The translations under genes were made by a program, and so were the position numbers. A stretch of 64,000 nucleotides of DNA from Octopus sinensis. Taxonomy: Eukaryota. The DNA is taken from assembly GCF_006345805.1 (NCBI RefSeq), contig NW_021832849.1, forward strand, positions 32,880 to 96,879, read 5' to 3'. Positions 11,981-25,843 of this stretch are shown here, in pieces. Below the pieces are notes generated by a model. The model did not search any database. It saw only the letters and a list, made by a program, of their open reading frames with translations, and was not told the DNA's origin. Within the stretch, counting starts at the first letter, position 1. Each line of letters opens with the position of its first letter.

Positions 11981-12805
11981 TTAGCTGCTGTACAATCTTT
12001 TGTGCCATGCACAAAAAGATTCTTGTTTAGCAGCTGCCCTTTCAATAACATGTTGGTGGTTTGTAGCACGCACTACATCTGCGTACCTCCGTTTTGGGGC
12101 AGGTGGTGCGTGGTCCATTCCTTTTCCTTTTAGTATTTGGTTTCTGCCCTGTTTCATGTTTATGTGGCAGGGTCTTTGGTGCGCAAAACGGCAGCCTGCA
12201 CCTTCCTCTTCATGCCAGCAGACACCTTTCAGGTAGAATTTACACATTCATGTGCGTTGTCTCTTTCTATCCTTTTTGGTATGTGGATAGTCAGGTTTGC
12301 TTCTATCCTTGGCTGTTTCATCTTTTGGTTTTGTTTGAGTTTTAGTTTTTCCTTCTTTGGCTTTTTCATCTTTTGTTTTTCTTTTAGTTTTTCCTCCTTT
12401 TACTTCTTTTTTGTCTCTTTCATCTCCATGGTTTTGGCTTTTGGTGCTGGTAGGGGCACTTGCACTTGGGTTTACTTCCCGGGCAGGTTTCTCACTTGAA
12501 TATTCTTTGTTGTCCTGGGTCTCTACCAAATGGGGGTGACATCTTACGTCAGCACCCGTGCCTCCCTCCTTACCATCTTTACTTTGTTCGTTGTCAAAGA
12601 TGGCATCAAGCGTGCTGATGTGGTATCTTATGAGTGCATAGGAGCGTATAAACCCCTGCTTTTTTCGCACTATCTGTGCTAACGTCCTTGTGTATCCACT
12701 GCCCTTCAGCGCAGCTGTAATTATGTTGTTCGGATTATCTCCGTCGGCGCATTGACAGGCTCTCAGGAACAACGCCAATTCCATGCTCCTCCAGGTTCTG
12801 GACAT
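11981..12805 (-). pseudogene. LINE ORF1 (frameshift near 12247): Myb/SANT-like N-terminus, Lys-rich linker, CCCH-type zinc finger
   Basis: TW..MEL..FL...LKGSGYTRTLAQIVRKK and CKFYLKGVC-x8-C-RFAH (C-x7-C-x8-C-x3-H); lies immediately upstream of ORF2. Confidence 0.65.
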
Positions 12806-12859
12806 TTTTGGATATTTTATTTATCTATCTAATTATATTTAAGATTTAATAGTGTGATT

Positions 12860-14030
12860 GAGGGTAGAGAAGAAATAAAGAAAGTGTCTATGCATTTAGA
12901 GAGATTGAGAGCTGAGAGAAGATAAGAAGAGAGTAAGAGAGAGTGAGAGGAGAAAGTTCGCGTCTATATATTTAGAAAGATTGAGAGGCTGAGAGAGGAA
13001 AAATGGTGTGACAGAGAGAAGTGGAGAAGTGAAGAGACAGAGAAAGAGGTGTGAGTGAGAGAAGTGAAGAGACAGAGAGAGAATTAAATGAAAGAGAGGA
13101 GATTATGCAAAAGATTGAGCGGCTGAGAGAAGATAAGAAGAAAGTGAGAGAGAGTCTATATATTTAGAAAGAGGCTGAGAGAAGAAAGATGGTGTGATAG
13201 AGAAAGAGATGAAAGAGAGGAAGTGATGCAAAAGATTGAGCGGCTGAGAGAAGATAAGAAGAAAGTGAGAGTCTATAGATTTAGGAAGATTGAGTGGCTG
13301 AGAGAAGAAAGATGGTGTGATAGAGAGAAGTGAAGTGACAGAGAGAGAAAGAAAAGAAAGAGAGGAGGTTATGCAACAAATAAATATATCTCTATCTGCA
13401 GCTACGAAGTTTTCTTCTAAGCTAATTATAAATATCTATCTATTCGCAACTACGAGAGAAGTGAAGGAGGGAAGTGAAGAGACAGAGAGAGCAAGAAATG
13501 AAAGAGAGGAGGTTGTGCAACAAATAAATATATATCTATCTGCAGCTACGAAAGTTCTACGAGAGTTTTCTTCTGAACTAATTACGACTATATTTCTAAT
13601 ATTCGCGTCTATATATTTAGGAAGATTGAGAGGCTGAGTAAAAATAAAGAAAAAAAATACATATAAATAAAGCAACAAATAAATATACACCTATCTAAAG
13701 TTGAATAATTATAAAGAGATATAGTGAGAAAATGACAAAAACGAAGCTGAAACAGAAATTGAAAGATTATTAACAGAATGTAAATTATAAATATATACCT
13801 ATCCGTAGCTACAAACGTTTTCTTTTAAACTAATTGTGACTATACTTCTAATGTTCCCGTCTATATATTTAGGAAGATTGAGGGGATGAGTAAATATATA
13901 TATATATAAATAAATAAATATATGCCTATCTAAAATTGAATAATTTTAAAGAGATGAATTGAGAAATTGACAAAAACGGAGCTGAAACAGAAACTGAAAG
14001 ATTATTAACCGAATGTAAACAGAGAATAGG
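12860..14030. repeat. GA-rich sequence and diverged tandem duplications upstream of ORF1 (candidate LINE 5' UTR)
   Basis: Recurrent blocks TCTATATATTTAG(G)AA(A)GATTGAG and CTATCTGCAGCTACGAA; long block 13520-13790 repeated at 13790-14030. Confidence 0.7.
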
Positions 14031-14289
14031 TCCTTACATTGAATTACGGGAAATTAAACAAATGAAAAGGGGTACTTATCTTATAAGAGGTAGAAGTCCC
14101 AAAATCGTCTCCCTGTACGATGAGGTTTTCTTTCAAAAAGAAAAGAAAAACGGTTCTTTTTGCTTGTTACAGTCGATTGGAAATAAACTTCAGAGATGTC
14201 ACCACGTGTTTTTTCGACGGGAAATCGACGGTCGTGCGTAATTAACTTTAGTGTATTATATTTGGCTTGAAGCGAAATATATTACGATT

Positions 14290-14543
14290 TTTAACTAATA
14301 TATCCTCGTATATATACACTCACACACAAATATGAATTATCTATATGTACGCATGTTTATAAGTTTGCATGTATCTATGCGTGTGTGCGTGTGAGTGTAT
14401 ATATGTATATGTATACATTTGCATTGTACGTATATATATATAACGATGTATATATGCATATATTTAAGTCAATCTATACAAATTTCCACATACACACACA
14501 TATACAAATATATTTTATATAAATATATATATATATATGTACC

Positions 14544-14576
<33 letters not shown>

Positions 14577-14828
14577 ATCATGTTAGTATGCATTCATTCA
14601 GAGAATACCTATGTAAAAATATATACAAATATATCTGTATGTATACGTCAGTATATGTGTGTACACATATACGCTCGTACATATGTATGCGAATTTATGT
14701 TTAAATCTTTTCAAAATAATATTAATTATCTATATATCTACACATATCATCACATACACACACACATCTTTATATACATGCATACATAGATACATAGATA
14801 CATACATACATACATACATACATGCATA

Positions 14829-14898
<70 letters not shown>

Positions 14899-15493
14899 AT
14901 ATATATATTTATGTATATGTATAATCCGAAGCATATCCATAGAAATATGTAAGATATCTAATTAATACACACATATACCACTTTTCATTTAATCAATTAA
15001 TTAATAATTATCTTTTCATACATTTACTAATTTAATTAATATAATTTATCTATTTAATTATACTCTTTTGAAACAATATTTTTCTTGACACCCTAAACCT
15101 ATTCTTATGAATATTTACAGACTTGCATAATAATTAATAGACATACTCCCCTCACATACGCCGCTTCTTTTTCCAATGTACATAAGTAATTAAATATGAG
15201 TTCCTTAATTATTTTGATCCTTTTATGAAGTTTTCATAGACATAAAAGCCAGCGTCTTTAAGAAAGTAAAATACAAAGAAAAGAGAAAACTTTCATAAAA
15301 ATACACTTAACTCGTCTTCTACTTATCTCTGTTTAATATAAGAAAATAATTAAACATTCTGATACATTGTAAATCAAATACTTTTTCTTCTTTTAAATAT
15401 CTATCCTAGCTTCAAAAACTCTTACATATTTTCCATATCATTATCATGCAATGTTACCGAAACGGAAAACGTTGTCAATAAATATCGGAAGAA

Positions 15494-15547
<54 letters not shown>

Positions 15548-15951
15548 TATAAGATGTATGTATGTAAGTATGCAAAAGTACATCACTTCACAAACGATAA
15601 TCCATGTAGATTAATTTGAAGTTCAAAAATATTCGTTACCTTAATGAATTCTTTGTCTAAAATTTTAATAGTTTCTCAACCTTCATTTTTCTAATTGTCT
15701 TTTGCAGTTTTCTCAGATTATCATCTTGTCTTTTATTCAGTAAATATTTTAATATTTTCTCATTGTAAGCTCTAGAGATCCGTGTGCTTACATATGCACA
15801 CACACATACACACATACATACGCACACAAACACATACATACACATAAACACATAATCACAACACACACAGACACGCATATATTGTCACACTCACACGTAT
15901 ACGCACGAACACACATACACACATACATACATACACATATACACACACATT

Positions 15952-16001
<50 letters not shown>

Positions 16002-16489
16002 TATGTAAGACCTTTTGTCTATATACGTTTATGCATATATACACAGGTATATATGTATATATGTATATATACGCATACACAAAATCACTTCTATGTATGT
16101 ATGATGTATCTACGTCAGTATGTATTTGTGTGAATACATATACGTATACGTATGTACATATGTATACATGTATGTATGCATACGGATATGTATGCAGGTA
16201 CATACGTACGTACATATGTACGTATGTATGTTTGTATAATGACACTAAATCGCCAAGAATCGTAGGATCGGTACACATTGTATTTTCACTATGATTATGG
16301 TTTCACTTTCGCTTTATAATATTACACAGCATATTTTAAAAAGCAAATATGAAGTTTGTATTTCATGGTAGAAAGAATTATATACTAAAACTCCCATTAC
16401 ATACATACACAAAACATACGGACACACATACTATGACTTAATTTATATATGTGTGTGTGTGCATGTGTGTATGTAGGCATGTATGCACA

Positions 16490-16544
<55 letters not shown>

Positions 16545-16714
16545 GTTTCCAGATACATGCATATAAGTATATTTGTAAATGTATATGCTTAATATATATG
16601 TACTTTTTTTATATGTATAAATGCCTATCTGCTTACCTATATAAATACATATATATATACATACATAAATACATACATATATACATACATATATATATAT
16701 ATATATAATATATA

Positions 16715-16750
<36 letters not shown>
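14290..16750. repeat. AT-rich low-complexity region with (TA)n,(CA)n,(TACA)n tracts
   Basis: Direct reading. Confidence 0.85.
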
Positions 16751-16752
<2 letters not shown>

Positions 16753-16754
<2 letters not shown>

Positions 16755-16975
16755 GCTCAGGAGTGGCTATGTGGTAAGTAGCTTGCTAACCAACCACATT
16801 GTCCCGGGTTCAGTCTCACTGTGTGGCATCTTGGGCAAGTGTCTTCTGCTATAGCCCCGGGCCGACCAATGCCTTGTGAGTGGATTTGGTAGACGGAAAC
16901 TGAAAGAAGCCTGTCGTATATATGTATATATATATATATGTATGTGTGTGTTTGTGTGTCTGTCTGTGTGAATCC
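16753..16975 (+). mobile_element. SINE-B, 5' half (tRNA-like head, CORE-like CTTGGGCAAGTGTCTT, ends in TA/TG microsatellite)
   Basis: Homologous to 30043-30200 and 59942-60110. Confidence 0.85.
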
Positions 16976-17093
16976 CTAGAACTTGAGAACTACACAACCA
17001 ATTTCATTCAAATTTTGCACATGCCTTACTTAGATTGTAAGTAATGGAGAGAATGAGAGATAGGTACATAGAAAGGCAAGCAGACAGACAGAG

Positions 17094-17095
<2 letters not shown>

Positions 17096-17157
<62 letters not shown>

Positions 17158-17250
17158 GGATAGATAGATAGATAGATAGATGGATAGATGATAGATAGAT
17201 AGGGAGAGGGAGAGAGAGAGAGAGAGAGAGAAATAGAGAGAGAGAGAGGT
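17096..17250. repeat. (GATA)n/(GA)n
   Basis: Direct reading. Confidence 0.95.
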
Positions 17251-17363
17251 CTATTTGAATCAGATAATAACAGTTATGCACTTTAACTAAATTGTGAGAC
17301 AATATAACTAATTAAATCATAAATCCTTTCCTTGAAATGTTTTTGTTTACTTAACCACACATA

Positions 17364-17560
17364 AGGGCGGCGAGCTGGTAAAATCGTTAGCATGTTGGAA
17401 AAAAATGCTTAAAGGCATTTCTTCCCGTTGTTTAAGGTCTGAGTTCGAATCCCGCCACGATCAACTTCGCTATTCATCCCTTTGGAATCGATAAAATGAA
17501 GTACCATTCAAGTAGTGATGTGAATGTAACCGACTTGCCATCCCACCCATTCAACCCCAC
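17364..17560 (+). mobile_element. SINE-A, diverged
   Basis: GGCGGCGAGCTGG head and B-box GAGTTCGAATCC. Confidence 0.8.
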
Positions 17561-17787
17561 TTCCTCGCCCCGTCACCGCCCCTTCATGCTCCCCTCTGTG
17601 AACCTCCTCCACATCCGTCCCTCAAAATTGTTGGCCTTAAATCCTGCAACGAACCGGTGTCCTGTTCTAGGGAAATGGTGATCTCGCTCACTTCTATACG
17701 CTACAGAAAACAGAGTAACCGGCCTTATGAGGCCTGGGGCTCGAGAAAAATAATCACCTCAAGTTACGTCTAATCACTTTAATTACT

Positions 17788-18328
17788 ACAGTTCTGTATT
17801 TAAGAGATGAAGAATTATTTACATTATTTACATTTGACTGATATTTGTCTTCATCTTGTTTGTTGTTAATATACCCTCCAGCCTTCATCAGGTGTCTTGG
17901 AGAAATTTGGAGAAACCTGGATTCTCATTCCTAAGGTATTTTTCAATGTTATTATTATTATTATTGAGGTAACTCGGAATCTTGGGGTTAGTAGCCCGTG
18001 CTCTTAACCACTACGCCATATGCCCGTGGGCAATTATGGAGTGAATTTGGGGCTTATAAATCTAATATTTTCCTATCCTTTCTTAATACCGGTTAGGGTT
18101 AGGGTTAGGGATATGCTACTCATATCTGCACTCGGTCCTGCTTGGCCGGTTGTTGTGTCCTACCATATGAGCGGCTTCTTTTAGTTTTCGTATTTTCCAG
18201 TGGTGTTCTCTGTCTATTATTTTAACTTCATCCCACCTCCCGCTGAAGGCTGGAGGGGGGGATGAAGCGTTGTGTTAACAACAAACAAGATGAGGGCGAA
18301 TAGCCATCAAATGTAAACAATGTAAACC
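17788..18328. mobile_element. Composite element with ~75-bp imperfect inverted arms (Penelope-terminus-like), internal tRNA-like module and (TTAGGG)3
   Basis: Arms 17818-17892 and 18244-18326 are reverse complements; flanking 9-bp direct repeat TTAATTACT at 17779-17787 and 18329-18337. Confidence 0.55.
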
Positions 18329-18816
18329 TTAATTACTCTGTGTTCTTAGTTCAAATCACAATATGGTCAACTTTGCCTTTCATTTTTTCGGGATCGATAA
18401 AATAAAGTACCAGTCAAGTACTGATGTCGATATAATCGACCACCCTCCATCCCGCCCCCCCCCAAAAAAAAGATGCTTGTTTTCAATCCGGAATATGGCA
18501 TGGAATCCGGGCAACCGGCCTTAAGGGTCCATGGAGTCGAAGAAGAGAAAAACAAAACGAATGCATGGATTGGATATATGTATATTATTCTTTGAGTGTC
18601 ATTCAAATTCTTCTTGAAAGAGTTTAAGCCGGTCGCTAACAAAACGACAAGACCGTGAGTTAAGAGAGTTCCTAATGTTTGTAAATATACGGTTAAGTTG
18701 GTTCCGTTGGGGTTGAATTGTCAAAACATACACGCAAGTGTGTGCATCTATTCACATAAGAATCTCAGATGGAGAATTTTTAGAATGTTTTACAAATCTC
18801 CATTGTGCCACAAATA

Positions 18817-19396
18817 TTGGGTTGTCCGGAAAGTTCGTGCCGATTTATAGTAGCTTATCTTTCGACTTATTTCAGAACATGGTTGAGTCCATAAAATAGA
18901 ATTTGACTACACCTCCATTTAGAGTACAGTTTAAGCTATCTTTTCGTGGAAGAAGGTTTATGTTCCTATAACCTGTGTTAATTCTATAACCCTTTAAAAT
19001 GGAAGATAAGAAAGTTCATTTTCGGCACTTGATGCTTTGGGAACCAGACAAAAATTGCTGCAGCTCGGCTAGGATGTGTTACCCCACCCTCCATATTCAC
19101 CAGATATTGCTCCTTCGGATTTCCACTTATTCAGGTCTCTGCAGAATAGTCTTAATGGTAAAAATTTCAATTCTTTGAATGACGTAAAAAGATACCATGA
19201 TGAATTATTTGCCATGAAACCACCTCAGTTCTGGGAAGAGGGTATTTTTAAGTTAAAGAGGATATTTTCAAGGAAAGATGGAGACGCATTGTGCAACAAA
19301 ATGGTTCATATTTAGTTGATTAAAAATGTAATGGCAAGTATTTATTGACCATTTTCTTTCCTTTAAAAATCGGCACGAACTTTCCGGGCAACCCAA
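18817..19396 (+). mobile_element. Mariner (DD34D) internal-deletion derivative with TIRs and TA TSD
   Basis: TIR TTGGGTTG(T/C)CCGGAAAGTTCGTGCCGATTT at both ends, flanked by TA; ORF 19076..19315 has HPPYSPDIAPSDFHLF. Confidence 0.92.
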
Positions 19397-19567
19397 TAGA
19401 TTGGACTTGGAGAATCTGCGTCAGTTTCTTTTACATTTTTGTTCCGTGAAACCGAGTATTTCTAGCATTTTGTGTAGATTTGTTGGTACATAGCCTAATG
19501 CATCCGATGATAGGCACAAGCGAGAATTTATAGACAGGGTACAAGAGCGCATATAAATATATGTGTA

Positions 19568-19780
19568 CGAGAGGGTGCTGAAAAGTTCCTGGCTTTAAGT
19601 GTGCCGAGAAAGGTCTAGCTGGAGGCTCAACCTGAGTTCTTTTACTGGGCTTCAGAATGCTGAAGACCGCTGCAATAAGTGTATGAATCTGAGAGGAAAA
19701 TACGTTGAATAAAATCATAATTAACTGACCCTCTTGTATATTCTTTTATCCAAAGCAAGGAACTTGTTAACACCCTCTCG
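19568..19780. mobile_element. Mariner-type MITE (~213 bp)
   Basis: Imperfect TIRs CGAGAGGGTGCTGAAAAGTTCCTGGCTTT / AAAGCAAGGAACTTGTTAACACCCTCTCG; TA on the left, CA on the right. Confidence 0.75.
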
Positions 19781-20355
19781 CACAAGGTACAAGGGCAAAT
19801 ATAAATGTATGTGCGTATGTAGGTTTGTAAATAACCAGACGCAGTCTCTAAGTTTTAAAATTTTAATGGTGGAAATTTAAAACTTAGTAATACGTTTCAT
19901 TTCGCTTGTTATATAAAATTCACTGCTGTTTAATAATAAATATCCTGGCTATAAACAGATGTAATATAGTTGCTGTTATTGTTAGTGTATATATCGATGT
20001 CTGTGAAATGCCTTGTGTTGTGTGTTGGTCTGGACGTTCAACTTCAATAACAAAAGATATTTAGAAATTTCCAGAACCTCTTTCAACTTGTTCGCATCTT
20101 ATTGATCTTTTGTGATTATCTGCATATCTTCCATCTTCCATGTAGCAGCAAAAGTACTTTAGTTCCCGTTAAGAGATGAAAAATATGAAATAATCGATAC
20201 TGCTGTTGTTAGTGTTTTTTTCTCAATTTCAAGTTCCTGCGTAAATTTGCAAAGTGCTTATGTTTGTATGTATGTATGTATGTATGTATGTATGTATGTA
20301 TGTATGTATGTATGTATGTATGTATACACACACATACACACACACACACACATAG

Positions 20356-20802
20356 AGGCGCTGTCATTGTTGTGTGGTTACGAAGCCTGTTTTGCAACAA
20401 CGTGTTTTCTGGTTCATTCCAATTGCGTGGCACCTTGGATAAAGGGACTTCAACTATAGCCCTAAGGCTGACCAATGCATTATGAGTGGATTTTATAGAT
20501 GGAAAACGTGTGGATGCCCGTAGTATATATCTCTCTCTCTCTCTCTCTCTCTCTCGCTCTCTATCTATCTATCTATCTATCTGTGTGTGTATGTTTTTCT
20601 CTGTGACTGTCACTTCCACTGCTTGACCACTGGTATTGTTATGATTACGTAGCCGTAACTTAGCGGGTCGGGCATAGGAGACCGATAGAAAATATACCTA
20701 ACTGAAAAGAAAATATAAATAAATATTGTGTTTAATTTCTTCAACTAAAACTATTGAAGACGGCATCCAGTATGTCCGTAGTCCAATGACTGACACAAGT
20801 AA
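20356..20802 (+). mobile_element. SINE-B, full-length, diverged, with internal TA/CT/ATCT/TG microsatellite
   Basis: 5' half and 3' half (CCGTAACTTAGCGG..GACCGATAGAA..GTCCAATGACTGA) match 30043-30757 and 59942-60400. Confidence 0.75.
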
Positions 20803-20914
20803 TATATACATATATATATATAAAACAAAGGATTAGGATTCAAGTGAACCAGGCACTTGAATGGTAAGGCACCAGGTCGGGTCAAAGTTAAAGTGCATAC
20901 ACTACAAAGGTAAA

Positions 20915-21766
<852 letters not shown>

Positions 21767-21796
21767 AATAATAATAATATAATAATAAAAATAATA

Positions 21797-22015
21797 ATAA
21801 AAAAATATTCAGACAAATACATAACAAAAACACCAGGACTTACAAACACATATAACATACAGAAAATTGCACTACTAGGCACTGCACACATCCTACGCAG
21901 AACACTTTCCATACAATAACCATCAGAGCATCACAACAAATCACAGCACATACCCAAGGCACACAGAGCTGCGCTCGGTAGTGAAGTGAAAGCACGCTAT
22001 AAAATAAAACTACTG
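21797..22015 (+). mobile_element. R4/Dong-like short 3' fragment (copy 2)
   Basis: Matches the last ~220 bp of copy 1; (TAA)n on both sides. Confidence 0.9.
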
Positions 22016-22042
22016 AATAATAATAATAATAATAATATAATA

Positions 22043-22076
<34 letters not shown>

Positions 22077-22079
<3 letters not shown>

Positions 22080-22741
22080 GCAGAATATGTGGAGATGGAC
22101 AAGAAACAATAAATCATATTATCTCTAGCTGCCCAGTCCTGGCTAAGAAGGAATATATTCACAGACATGACAGAGTTGGAACCTACATACATTGGAAGCT
22201 ATGCCAACATTATGGAATAACAACAGAAAAAAGATGGTATAGGCACACACCAGAAAAGGTCACAGAAAACGAGAAAGCAACCATACTCTGGGATATGCCG
22301 ATACACACAGATAGAGAAATTAAGGCCAACAGACCAGATATAGTTGTCAGAGATCATGAAGAAAAAAAATGCTTTCTAATTGATGTATCAATACCGGCAG
22401 ATGACAACGTGTCTCTAAAAGAAATGGAGAAACTCTCAAAATACAAAGACCTGGAAATAGAGGTAACTAGAATGTGGAACCTGAAAACAGAAACAATTCC
22501 TATCATAGTAGGTGCATTAGGCATGATAAAAAAATATTCAGACAAATACATAACAAAAACACCAGGACTTACAAACACATATAACATACAGAAAATTGCA
22601 CTACTAGGCACTGCACACATCCTACGCAGAACACTTTCCATACAATAACCATCAGAGCATCACAACAAATCACAGCACATACCCAAGGCACACAGAGCTG
22701 CGCTCGGTAGTGAAGTGAAAGCACGCTATAAAATAAAACTA

Positions 22742-22744
<3 letters not shown>
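22077..22744 (+). mobile_element. R4/Dong-like 3' fragment (copy 3), same truncation point as copy 1
   Basis: ORF 22295..22648 translates identically to 21317..21670; offset 978 bp. Confidence 0.9.
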
Positions 22745-22806
<62 letters not shown>

Positions 22807-22869
22807 TAATAATAAAAATAATAATAATTATATATATATACATACATACATACATACCATCCACCACTC

Positions 22870-23645
22870 CTCTCTCACCACCATCATCCACTATAAATCC
22901 ACAGACTCACTCTCTTATCTATATCAAGTCATCCTTCTCCTACCTACGTACACTGAACTGTCCATTTCTTACTCCCAGTCTCAGTTCTTCTGTCTCCTCC
23001 GGTTCTGTAGTGATGACTATGACTACGAGACACCAACTCCTGACTCACCACTTTACCCGATGGGGTTACCCCGTTACCGTTATTCAAACCGCTCTCACCC
23101 GTGTTGACTGGGCACGCTCTCACTTTCCCCTTCTACACTCCTTCCCCGTACCCTCCCCACCCACCTTCATCGCCTCCCTTTCCCTATCACATACCACCCA
23201 TTCACCCTACCCCTCCATTCTTCGGGCTTTCCGAATACTCCAATCTGATTCTTCACCTCCCACATCTTCCGCAACCCACCCCGCACCGCTTTCAAATGCG
23301 CCCATAACTAACGTGACCTTCGGGTCCGTAGATCTTTTTTCCATTCCTGGCATCCAGATTTGGCTCCTTCTCTTGCTCTGCCGCACTTGCCCCTACCTTT
23401 CCAATACCACTATCCCCACCGGTAACCACCACCGCCTCTACCATATTAACGATTCATTCACCTGTATCTCCAGCAAGTAAGCTACTGTATCCCCTGCCCT
23501 CTCTGTCATTCTCTGTATATTGGTCAAACCGGCCGGCGTTAGCTAACCGGTTCTCCGAACATCTCCGGGCCATCAGATTCAGTAATGTCACACTGGTCTC
23601 GCGTCACTTCAACTCGACCGGGCATTCGCTACAATATCTGTCTGA
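22870..23645 (+). mobile_element. Penelope-like element remnant (RT thumb and GIY-YIG endonuclease)
   Basis: HYKSTDSLSYL, ISYSQ..FCSDD, CRTCPYL, HINDSFTC, YIGQTGRR at 23516-23539, RFSEHLRAI; multiple frameshifts. Confidence 0.8.
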
Positions 23646-24114
23646 CTGCCCTTTACACACACACAAATGATACACATACGCATACGCACGCACATATGCT
23701 ACTTGCACAAAGTACACACGCTCACATTAGCTGCTACACTCATACGTTAGTGCACACAAACATCAGATAGGCACACACACACACACGTTAGACAGCCTCA
23801 GACACGTGCATACGTACACACACACACACGCACACACATGTACACGCTCCTTTACATACACATACACTCTCATATAATCATCATACTTTCACATATGCGT
23901 GCCCCCCCACACACACATACGCACGTACAGGCTTATATACTCATATACACACGTACATATTATCCTCACGCTCACATATATGCTTGTGCACACACGCTTT
24001 AACCCGGTTACTGTTTTCTCCCTTGCCACACTTGCCTCCAGCCACTTCCCTTCATCTGCTCAATTCAACATGTGCAACCATTAATCCAAACACAAATTTT
24101 TCTGTTTTCCTTTG

Positions 24115-24270
24115 TTTTTCCCTCGCTCTCTCTCTCTCTCTGTTTTCTCTCCTCATTCCTCTCAGCAGAAGAGCGGAGGCTTGAAACGTCAGACACTCTT
24201 CCATTTTTCTTGAGCGTCAAACTAATAAACCCTGTTTGTTGTTCTTTCGTCTCCGTCTTTTGTCTTTTAT
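24115..24270 (+). mobile_element. Penelope-terminus-like dispersed repeat
   Basis: CAGAAGAGCGGAGGCTTGAAACGTC..GAGCGTCAAACTAATA similar to 30205-30395. Confidence 0.55.
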
Positions 24271-24295
24271 TTCATGTACAGTTTTGAATCGTATC

Positions 24296-24437
<142 letters not shown>

Positions 24438-24549
24438 CATACACATACATAGATGCACACACACAAGTACGTATAAAGAGATACCCAAATACGTATCTAT
24501 GGAGGTTGGACAAAATAATGGAAACAACTTGCTAAATGGAAATGGAAAT

Positions 24550-25450
24550 TAAACGAAAATTTTATTATTTAATGCGGAGTTGGTCCACCTTTGGCATCAC
24601 AGCTTTAATACGTCCAGGAAATGACTGGTATAGGTTCTGAACAGTAGTAATGGAAATGTTGAGCCGTTGTTGAAGTAAAAACTGCTTTTCCAGCGACGAT
24701 AGTGGTGGGATTCAGATTCTCATGGGCTACTTCAAAATACATTATAAATGTTCGATAATATTCTGATCTGGCGATCGTGGTGGGGCCAATCCAAGTGGTT
24801 TAGTTCACTTTTGTCCTCTTCGTACCGATTTTGAATAAGATTAGCCGTGGCGTTATCGTCAGAGAACAATGTAACATAGATTGGATTTGCTCAGTCAAAA
24901 TACTCAGATAATCTTTGGCGTTAACTCTGTCGTGTAGAATAACAAAGGGTCAAGAGAATTCCGTGAAATGACTTCTCAAATCACCACTGAGCCACCCTTA
25001 TTGCTTCACGGCAGAGACCAAACAGTCTGGGCTGCAGGCTTCTTTGAGCTGTCTACAGACTTTGAATGATTATTTATCAGAGAAGATGACTTTAGTCTAT
25101 TAAACCAATGACCCCTTCTGTGGTTTAACAATTGCAGTCCTCCCATGGTCCCAGTTTCGTGGAGCTCACACAACAGCTTTAGTTGACCCAGAGTTGTTAA
25201 ATTGTGGTTCAGTACTGCAATCACATTTGTCGCCGCAGATTGATGGTTTTTAGGTAAAAACTTTCCACTATTCTATGGTCCGTCTCTGTGAGATTTGCCT
25301 TCTGTTCAGAATTATTCTTGTCAGAGCTGGTTTTGTCATGGTTCTGGAATGCTAACATGATTTAAGACACTGTATCTCTCGAGACATTAAATCATTCTGC
25401 GGTTTTTACGGTTGAAGATACAGTCATCCGCACTCCAACAATTTGTCATC
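24550..25450 (-). pseudogene. Highly decayed Tc1-like transposase remnant
   Basis: Minus strand near 24745-24795 reads DWP..RSPDQNIIEH across a frameshift; NVSRDTVS HTH-like piece near 25370-25390. Confidence 0.55.
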
Positions 25451-25843
25451 TTTGGAAATCAAAGAAGTCACGTATTTTAAAATACAAATACCGGCAAAAA
25501 GAAGAAAGAAAGAAAAAGGGAAAACAGAGGTTTATATCATGACGTAATAAACCAGCACCGGTTGTCAAGTGGGGTGTGCGCGTGTGTGCGCATGTGTGGG
25601 TGAGTGAGTGAGTGTGCGTGTGTGTGTGTGTGTGTGTAACAAACACAAATGCCCAGAAATAAGCGCAAATGTATACGTGACGGGCTTCCACGCAAACACC
25701 GTCTTCCAAATCTTCTCACAAAACATTGGTCAGTTTCGCCCGGGACAACAGTAGAAGACGCTTACTGAGGGCTGTTGCACTGTAGGATTGAACTCGAAAC
25801 CTCAGAGTTGTAATTTTATACTCTCGCTTTAGCTTCCACTAAG

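Larger units (their letters stand above)
9051..12830 (-). mobile_element. CR1-group LINE, long decayed copy (5' UTR may extend to ~14250)
   Basis: ORF1 plus APE-RT ORF2; 3' tail GGCGGTGCCCCAGCATGGCCACAGCTCGTGAGCTGAAACTAGATAAAATAA on the minus strand. Confidence 0.88.

Noticed and set aside
18093-18110. Telomere or chromosome-fusion relic
   Set aside because: Only three TTAGGG units, inside a dispersed-repeat-like element.
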